From: an uncultured Actinomycetota bacterium
Lineage (GTDB): Bacteria; Actinomycetota; Actinomycetes; Actinomycetales; Dermatophilaceae
DNA: 32,000 nt
Direction: 5' to 3'
Assembly (NCBI GenBank): GCA_963752705.1
Contig: CAVVZM010000002.1
Location: forward strand, 440,877-472,876
A model generated the notes under the pieces. It was not told the DNA's origin. It saw only the letters and a list, made by a program, of their open reading frames with translations, and searched no databases. Position 1 is the stretch's first letter, and each line of letters begins with the position of its first letter. Shown here piece by piece: positions 22,595 to 29,438 of this stretch. The position numbers were made by a program, and so were the translations under genes.

Positions 22595-23806
22595 CTATCC
22601 GGTCCAGCGCGCCGACCACAGCGCGGTCGGTCCTCCCGGCTGCTGACGGGTGGCGACGTAGAGCCGGTCGCCCACCAGTGCCGCTGCAAGCGGGCGCCCA
22701 CCGGGGCCGGCCGAGGTGCGCCAGGGGGCGTCCGCACCGAGCAGCGTGCCGGCCAGCACCGTCGTCCCTGTTTCCGAGGGGCTGACGACGAGGGTCGCCG
22801 AGCCGGTCGCGAGGGGCGCGGGCACGGGGTCCTGGTCGCCCACGGCGAGGCGCGGTATGCCGCCGAGCCGCCCGGCGCGCTCGCCGTCGAGCCGCCACAG
22901 GGCCAGGGCCCCGTCGACCTGCCCGGCGACGACGCATACCGCGTCGGGCGCGGGGCAGTGGGCCGAGACCGCCTCGCTGCGGGTGCCCCCGTCGGGCAGG
23001 TCCAGCCTCCGCCAGGCGGTGTTCACGCCGGGCGAGCGCCAGAGCGCCGCGGTCTGCCGCACCGGCCCCGGCGCGAGGTGGAGTGCGGAACCGGCGATCA
23101 GCAGGCCGGAGCCGTCGACCGTCGCCCCACGGGGCCCGGCCAGCAGCTCGGGGGTGCTCTCGAGCGCGGTACCGGCGGGGTCCTGCCGGGTCCAGATCGG
23201 GGCGGCGAAGGTCCACACCGCGGTGTCCAGCCCGGCCCGGGCTCCGCCCCAGCTGCCGACGAGGGCGTCGCCGCTGGGGGTGACGACGGCCTCGACGAGG
23301 TCACCGGCCCCCCAGCCCCCGAAGGTGTAGAAGCTCTGCGGGAGCTCGACGACCCCGGCGGCCGTGCCCGCCCAGGTCGTCCAGCGCACGTTGGCGTGGG
23401 CGCCACCGTTGGCGCCGCCGATGGCGATGACCCGGGCGCCGTCGGTGGCCACGGAGTACCACCGCGCCTCGGACCCGTAGGGCGACGAGGGCGTCAGAGG
23501 GACGGAGGTCGCTGCTCCGGCGGCGTCGAGGGTGACCATCGCCGGCGCCGGGGGGTCCCCGGCCCGCAGCGCCCCGACCAGCAGCCGGTCACCGATCGTC
23601 GTGAGGGTGCGGGCCTCCAGGCCGGCCGGCAGGGCGACGGGCGCCCAGCCCAGCACCGGGCCGGGGCTCGTGGCCGCGGTCGTGCCCACGGTCGTGACGC
23701 CAGGGTCCGGGGTGCCCACGGCGCAGCCCGCGAGGGCCAGCGCCCCGAGCGCGACGCCGCTGCGCCGCACGGAGCGGCCCCACCGGCCCCACCGGCTGAC
23801 CCGCAT
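22595..23806 (-). CDS. Hypothetical lipoprotein, possibly a beta-propeller-like repeat protein
   Basis: ATG 23806 gives MRVSRWGRWGRSVRRSGVALGALALAGCAV, a signal peptide with lipobox LAGC, inside the 585-aa track ORF. The body is Gly/Ala/Trp-rich with recurring ...W...G motifs. No family was recognised. Confidence 0.65.
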   Translation of the reverse strand: MRVSRWGRWGRSVRRSGVALGALALAGCAVGTPDPGVTTVGTTAATSPGPVLGWAPVALPAGLEARTLTTIGDRLLVGALRAGDPPAPAMVTLDAAGAATSVPLTPSSPYGSEARWYSVATDGARVIAIGGANGGAHANVRWTTWAGTAAGVVELPQSFYTFGGWGAGDLVEAVVTPSGDALVGSWGGARAGLDTAVWTFAAPIWTRQDPAGTALESTPELLAGPRGATVDGSGLLIAGSALHLAPGPVRQTAALWRSPGVNTAWRRLDLPDGGTRSEAVSAHCPAPDAVCVVAGQVDGALALWRLDGERAGRLGGIPRLAVGDQDPVPAPLATGSATLVVSPSETGTTVLAGTLLGADAPWRTSAGPGGRPLAAALVGDRLYVATRQQPGGPTALWSARWTG

Positions 23807-23897
23807 ACCGCGAGTATCACGCGGGCTGCACCCCGACCCGACCCTCGGCGAGAGTTTTCCGTCGGAACCGCCGGTGGGGACCGGCGCGCACCGACGA

Positions 23898-24320
23898 TCA
23901 GGTGGCGAGGGCGTCCAGCCGGTCGAGCGCCGACGACCACCGCTGCTGCATGGCGGCGCCGTCGGGGCCCCCGGACCCGCCGAGGTCGTGGCGCAGCGAC
24001 ACTCGGGTCGCGTCGCCCTCGGGGGCGAGGTGGAGGTCGACGAGCGAGCGGGGGGCGTCGGCGTCGGCGTGCCAGGACACGCGCACCTGTTCCATGGGGT
24101 GGTAGCTGCGCCAGACGCCGTGGCTGCCGTCCTCGGCGTGCCACGTCTCGCCCTTGCCGCCGAGCCGGGCGCCGCTGCCGAGCAGGGCCTGGGCGCCGTC
24201 GTTCGTCGTGAGGACCCGCCAGACGTGGTCGACCGGGTGGTGCAGGACGGTGTCGACCTCGACCACGTCGTGGGCCTCGGGCTTCCCGTCGACCGTCTCG
24301 CTGGATGCCGGATCGGACAT
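23898..24320 (-). CDS. SRPBCC (START/AHSA1-like) domain protein
   Basis: ATG 24320 is preceded by GGAGG 6 nt upstream (the track start 24359 has no SD). Sequence VVEVDTVLHHPVDHVWRVLTT...WRSYHPMEQVRVSW...ATRVSLRH is typical of the AHSA1/SRPBCC fold by eye. Confidence 0.72.
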   Translation of the reverse strand: MSDPASSETVDGKPEAHDVVEVDTVLHHPVDHVWRVLTTNDGAQALLGSGARLGGKGETWHAEDGSHGVWRSYHPMEQVRVSWHADADAPRSLVDLHLAPEGDATRVSLRHDLGGSGGPDGAAMQQRWSSALDRLDALAT

Positions 24321-24549
24321 GCGTGCCTCCTTCGTGGGCCCCGCCACGCCACGCTGCACGGCGGTCAGGGGGTCTGTGGCCCAGGCTCCACTCCACCGCT
24401 AACCCCGGCTCTTGACCAGCCCCTGGGCGGACAAATCTCGACCCGGACGTTTCGGACGCTCGCTGCGACGCGCAGTCCCCGGTGTGGCCCACTAGCGTGG
24501 CTCGTGGCTCAGTGCTGAGCCGTCCCCCACGCGAGGAGCGCACGTCGTC

Positions 24550-25946
24550 ATGAGTCCCTGGGTCTGGGTTGTCGTCATCGTCGTCGTGCTGGCCGTCATC
24601 GGCCTCGTGGCATCGCGGAGCCGCACGAAGCGGCTGGAGGGCCGGCGGGAGGAGGCGGCCGCGCTGCGCGACACCGCGGCCGAGCGCAAGGCCGCCATCC
24701 AGCGGCACGAGGTGGCCGCGTCGACGAGCGAGGCCGAGGCGCGCCGGGCCCGTGAGGAGGCCGACGCCAAGGCGGAGCAGGCCCGCGCGCTCGAGGCCCA
24801 GGCCGCCCGCGACCGCGAGAAGCGCGACGAGGCGCTGGCCACCCACGACGAGCACCTGCGCCGCGCCGACGCCATCGACCCCGACGTGCGCACCGACGAC
24901 GAGGGCTACCGGCTCGACGACGACGGCAACCGGGTCGAGGAGCACCGGGGGGCCGCTGGTGCTGGGCTCGCCGCCGCCGGGGCGGCCGGTGCCGGAGCCC
25001 TGGCCGCCGCGCACCACGGCGACCACGAGCCCAGCGAGGTGTCCCGCGAGGAGGCTCGTGACGGGGGCCTGGCTGACGACACGCGAGCAGACGCGGGGTA
25101 TGCGTCCGACGAGCGTCCGACCGAGGGTGACCTCGCGACCGATTCCCGCAGCGAGGAGCCGCGGGGCGAGGAGCCGCGAGGACCACGAGGGCCAGGAGGG
25201 CGGCCTGGCGGCCGGTGCGGGTGCGGTGGCGGCAGGAGCCGCGTCGCACCACGACGACGAGCGTGCGGAGACGCAGGAGGTCGCTGCTTCGGAGCCGGAC
25301 GCTCACGAGGGTGACGTGCTGCGCGACGCGCGCACGGGAGAGCCGCTCGACGAGCACGGGTACGCGAGCGAGAACCGGGACGGCGACCGCGGCGTGGATG
25401 ACGGCCGCGACGGCGAGAACGACCAGCGGGCGATCATGAAGACGATCACGACCATGAAGACGAGTCACGACCAGCACGCCGAGACGGCGAGACGCCGGCC
25501 TTCGCGGCGGCGGAGCCGGGCGGCGGCCACGGGGGCGAGGTCGGCGACGGCGACGACCGGGACGTGGTGCGCGACGCTCGCACCGGAGAGCCCTTGGACG
25601 ACCAGGGCTACGCGATCGAGCGCCGCACCGACGACGCTGACCATCAGGACCACGACCACGACCACGGCGACCACGACCACGGGGACCACGGGACCACGGG
25701 GACCACGACCACGGCGATGACGCCGTGGAGGGTCGCGACGCCGACGTCGAGGGTGAGGCCGGTGACGCGTACACGGGCAGCCACCGCGCCGAGTCGGACG
25801 CGGTGGACGGCGAGCAGGGCACTGAACACGGCGAGCAGGTCACCGAGCAGGTCACCGAGCGGCAGAGCTGGCAGGAGCGCGCCCGCGACCGCGCCGACGA
25901 CGCCCTGGGCCGGCGCGACACCGACGGCGACGGCCGCCGGGGCTGA
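24550..25946 (+). pseudogene. Membrane-anchored acidic, His/Asp-rich modular repeat protein whose reading frame changes three times
   Basis: ATG 24550 with GAGGAG upstream. N-terminal TM helix (WVWVVVIVVVLAVIGLV) followed by a charged helical region. Sensible coding continues in frame 1 to about 25176, frame 2 from 25178 to about 25489, frame 1 from about 25489 to 25692, and frame 0 from 25692 to 25946. The module DV(L/V)RDARTGEPLD(E/D)xGYA occurs in frame 2 (about 25310) and again in frame 1 (about 25560). Confidence 0.6.
25639..25721 (+). repeat. Imperfect GACCAC/GACCACGGG microsatellite encoding a (DH)n/(DHG)n tract
   Basis: gac cat cag gac cac gac cac gac cac ggc gac cac gac cac ggg gac cac ggg-ac cac ggg gac cac gac cac ggc gat gac. 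The G-run at 25690-25692 has 3 G where the flanking units have 4 (25681-25684 and 25698-25701). Confidence 0.85.
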
Positions 25947-25967
25947 GCCCCCTCGACTGACCTCTAC

Positions 25968-26010
25968 CGCGCAGGGCCGGCCCCAGCCTGACGGGGGTCG
26001 GCCCTGCGCG
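25968..26010. terminator. Bidirectional stem-loop between convergent genes
   Basis: CGCGCAGGGCCGGCCCC pairs with GGGGGTCGGCCCTGCGCG. That gives 12 perfect bp, one mismatch, then 4 bp. It lies 22 nt after the + gene stop and 19 nt before the PBP stop. Confidence 0.6.
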
Positions 26011-26028
26011 CGGCCAGCGGCGCCGGCG

Positions 26029-28119
26029 TCAGCCGCCGTAGGCCTCGAGGAACTGCTTGAGCAGCGGTCCGGCCGTCTTGGACCCGGAGTCGCCCTTCTC
26101 CACGTAGACCGCCACCGCCAGGTCGCCGCGCCCGGCCACCATCCAGGCGTGGGTGAGCGGGGGAGTGGCCGTGCCGTACTCGGCGGTGCCCGTCTTGGCC
26201 GCCGTGACCCCGTTCGCGGCCAGGATGGCGCCGCTGCCCTCCGAGACCACCGCGCCCATGAGGCCCTGCAACGCCTGGGCCTCGGCCGGCGTCAACGGCT
26301 TGGCCGGGGTGGGGAAGGCGGCCACGGCCGGGTTGTCGCGGATGAGGCTGGGCCGCACGAGAGCGCCGTGCATGACCGACGCGGTCACGGCGGCCATGTT
26401 CATCGGCGACACGAGCACCTTGCTCTGGCCGATCATCGTCGCGGCGTGGTCGGTGCCGCTCGCGGTGTCGGGCACCGACCCCAGGTAGGCCGGGAAGCCG
26501 AGGTCGAGGTCGACGCCTACGCCGAGCGCCGCGGCGGCGGTGGCGAGGTCGGCCTGGGTCACCGCGCTCGCGTTGGAGATGAAGGCGGTGTTGCACGAGT
26601 TCGCGAACGCGGTGCGCAGCGAGATCGGCCCCAGCTTGTCGGTCGGGTAGTCGTTGTAGTTCTTGAACGACCGCCCCGCCACGGTCACCGTCGGCGTGCA
26701 CTGCACCGTCGCGTCGGGCGTGAGCCCCGCGCGCAGCAGCGCCAGCGCCGTGACGATCTTGAACGTCGAGCCCGGCGCGGTCTGCCCCGTCGTCCCGATG
26801 GTCAGGCCGTTGCTGCCGGGCCCGTTCGCGGACGCGAGGATCTCACCCGTCGAGGGCCGGATCGCGACGAGCGACGTCGCCGTGTCGGTGGGTCCCGCCG
26901 CGAGCACGGCCTCGCCGATGTTCTGGGCCTTGGCGTCGAGGGTGACCTGCAGGGGCTTGCCGTCGGCCGGCGGCACGGTGAACAGCGTGCGCGAGGTCTT
27001 CTTGCCGGCGGTGTCGGTGCCGGTCGCCTGCACGGTCACGCCGTTCGACCCGCGCAGCCGCGCGTCGTAACGCTGCTCGAGCCCCGACAGGCCGACGACG
27101 TCACCGGTCTTGAGGGCGCCGTTCGACTTGGCGATGATCTCGGCCGTCGCGTCGCCGACGGTGCCGAGCAGCGAGCGGGCGAAGGTCGGGGTGGGGCCGA
27201 CGACGCCGGAACCGCCGAGGATCGCCGCGCCGGGGATCGCGGTGACGGCGCCGCGTTGCGCGGTGACCAGCGGGTCGTCGGAGCGCACGGTGATGATCGG
27301 CACGAACTGCTTCGTCCCCGCGCCGGTGACGGCCTTGACGTAGGCCGCCGGGTCGGTCCCGACGAGCTGCGCCAGGGCGGTGGCTGAGGAGGTGTTCTGC
27401 GCGGCGTCCAGCTTGGTCTTGTCGATGCCGACCTGGGCGGTCGCCCGCTGGGTCATCAGCGGGGTGTTGTCCGCGCCGACGATGTCGCCCCGCTTGGCGG
27501 GAGCGGTGGCCAGCGCGAGCTTCTCGCTGCCGGTGAGGTCGGGGGCGAAGAGCTTCGGGGTCCAGGCGACGTGCCAGGTGTCGTCCTGGGCGCGGGTGAG
27601 GCTGGCCGTCGTCGTGTAGGTCCAGACCGCGTCCGAGGGGCCGGTCGCGGCCCCGGTCGGTGTCGCCGAGGCGGTGCCGGTGGCCGTCCCGGACGTCGCC
27701 GGTGCGCTCGTGGTCGTGCTCGTCGCCGTGCCCGTCGCGGTCGCCGTCCCCCCGGCCGTGACCCCCGCCGTCGTCGCGGTGGGGAGCGTCCACGCATACG
27801 TGAGGGTCGCCGTGGAGGTGCGCTCGTTGCCCTTCGGCTCGGTGACCTGGCTGGCGGTCACGGTGCGTTTGAGGTCCTTGAGGTCGCCGACGGCGGCGGC
27901 GAGGAACGTGGCGACGTTGTCCGAGGTGGCGCCGTCGAACCGCACGGCGTTGACGTCGCCCCCCGCCATCGCCGCGGCCAGCGTCTTCGCCGCCGCGTCG
28001 GGGGTGGGCGGCTTGGACCCCGTGATGGCGTCACACCCGGCGAGGGCGACGGTCGTCACCAGGATGCCGGTGAGACCCACTGCGGCGCGCTGTCGTAGGT
28101 TGCGTGACGGAGGGCGCAT
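26029..28119 (-). CDS. Penicillin-binding protein (transpeptidase, class-B/MecA_N-like N-terminal domain), lipoprotein
   Basis: ATG 28119 gives MRPPSRNLRQRAAVGLTGILVTTVALAGCD (lipobox), inside the 723-aa track ORF. Motifs: SxxK as GSTFK, SxN as NSCN, KTG as AKTGTAE. A Thr/Ala/Gly low-complexity insert lies in the N-terminal domain. Confidence 0.9.
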   Translation of the reverse strand: MRPPSRNLRQRAAVGLTGILVTTVALAGCDAITGSKPPTPDAAAKTLAAAMAGGDVNAVRFDGATSDNVATFLAAAVGDLKDLKRTVTASQVTEPKGNERTSTATLTYAWTLPTATTAGVTAGGTATATGTATSTTTSAPATSGTATGTASATPTGAATGPSDAVWTYTTTASLTRAQDDTWHVAWTPKLFAPDLTGSEKLALATAPAKRGDIVGADNTPLMTQRATAQVGIDKTKLDAAQNTSSATALAQLVGTDPAAYVKAVTGAGTKQFVPIITVRSDDPLVTAQRGAVTAIPGAAILGGSGVVGPTPTFARSLLGTVGDATAEIIAKSNGALKTGDVVGLSGLEQRYDARLRGSNGVTVQATGTDTAGKKTSRTLFTVPPADGKPLQVTLDAKAQNIGEAVLAAGPTDTATSLVAIRPSTGEILASANGPGSNGLTIGTTGQTAPGSTFKIVTALALLRAGLTPDATVQCTPTVTVAGRSFKNYNDYPTDKLGPISLRTAFANSCNTAFISNASAVTQADLATAAAALGVGVDLDLGFPAYLGSVPDTASGTDHAATMIGQSKVLVSPMNMAAVTASVMHGALVRPSLIRDNPAVAAFPTPAKPLTPAEAQALQGLMGAVVSEGSGAILAANGVTAAKTGTAEYGTATPPLTHAWMVAGRGDLAVAVYVEKGDSGSKTAGPLLKQFLEAYGG

Positions 28120-28165
28120 GCCGCCATCCTCACACTCCGACATCGCGAGACGAGGCGCCGACGCC

Positions 28166-29411
28166 ATGGTTGCAGCAGATCGACAGCAGGTCGTGATCAT
28201 CGGCGGAGGGCTCGCCGGGGCGAAGACGGCGGAGGCGCTGCGCGCCGAGGGGTATGCCGGGTCGATCGTCCTGTTCGCGGCCGAGCGCCACCTGCCCTAC
28301 GAGCGTCCGCTCCTGTCGAAGGGGTTCCTGCAGGGCGAGCAGGAGGTGAGCGAGGCCTACGTCTTCCCGCAGGAGTGGTACGCCGAGCACGACGTCGACC
28401 TGCGGATCGGGGTCGAGATCGCCTCGGTCGATGCCGGGGCCCACGAGGTGTAGACCAGCGACGGGAGGCCGCACCGCGTACGACGCTCTCGTGCTGGCGA
28501 CCGGCGCGTCGCCGCGCCGGTCCACCCTGCCGGGGGCCGACCTGCCCGGGGTGCTCTACCTGCGCACGATCGAGGACAGCGAGCGGCTGCGCGAGGCGTT
28601 CCAGCCCGGTGCGAAGGTCGTCATCGTGGGCGGCGGCTGGATCGGGCTCGAGACGGCCGCGGCGGCCCGGGCGGCCTCGGCCGAGGTCACCGTTCTCGAG
28701 ATGGCCGCCCAGCCGCTCCTCGCGGTGCTGGGGGAGAAGCTGGGCGCGTCGTTCGCCGCCCTGCACCGTGACCACGGCGTCGACCTGCGCACCGGCGTCA
28801 CCATCGAGGCGATCGAAGCCGCCGAGTCCAGCCATCGCGTCGGCGGGGTCCGGCTCGCGGACGGCACCGTGCTGCCGGCCGACGTCGTCGTCGTCGGCGT
28901 GGGGGCCACCCCGAACGTCGATCTGGCGGTCACCGCCGGGGTCGAGGTCGACAACGGCGTCGTCGTCGACGCGCAGGGCCGATCGAGCGACCCCGACATC
29001 TTCGCGGTGGGCGACGTCGCCAACGCCGAGACCCCCGCCTTCGGCGCGCGCCTTCGGGTGGAGCACTGGGCCAACGCGCTCGACCGGCCGGCCACCGTGG
29101 CCAAGGGGGTGCTCGGGAAGGCCGGCGACTTCGACAAGCTGCCCTTCTTCTACTCCGACCAGTACGACCTGGGGCTCGAGTACGCCGGCCACGGCGACCC
29201 GAGGACCCAGGACGTCGTCGTCCGCGGCGACCTGGAGGGACGGGAGTACGTCGCCTTCTGGCTCGACGGCGACCGGGTCACCGCCGGGATGAACGTCAAC
29301 GTCTGGGACGTGCAGGACGACATCCAGGCCCTCATCACGAGCAAGGACCCCGTCGACCGCGAGAAGCTCGCGGCCGACGGGGTCCCGTTGGCCCAGGTCA
29401 GGAGGTCCTGA
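28166..29411 (+). pseudogene. FAD/NAD(P)-dependent ferredoxin-reductase-type oxidoreductase, interrupted by TAG 28451-28453 and a frame change
   Basis: The N-terminal part (frame 2) reads MVAADRQQVVIIGGGLAGAKTAE...YERPLLSKGFL...SVDAGAHEV and then stops. The remainder is in frame 0: AYDALVLATGASPRR, VVIVGGGWIGLE, IFAVGDVAN. Together the two track ORFs (27674..28453 and 28431..29411) make one colinear reductase. Confidence 0.85.
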
Positions 29412-29432
29412 CCGTGGTCAGGACCTCCTGAC
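29397..29432. terminator. Perfect 16-bp stem-loop between convergent genes
   Basis: GTCAGGAGGTCCTGAC-cgtg-GTCAGGACCTCCTGAC. The left arm contains the reductase stop codon (29409-29411). The right arm ends 7 nt before the BNR protein stop. Confidence 0.65.
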
Positions 29433-29438
29433 GAGACG

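Noticed and set aside
25170-25700. Programmed ribosomal frameshifting to explain the three frame changes in the repeat protein.
   Set aside because: I saw no slippery heptamer or stimulatory structure at the switch points. Three consecutive programmed shifts in different directions are implausible. Indels in repetitive DNA explain the pattern more simply.
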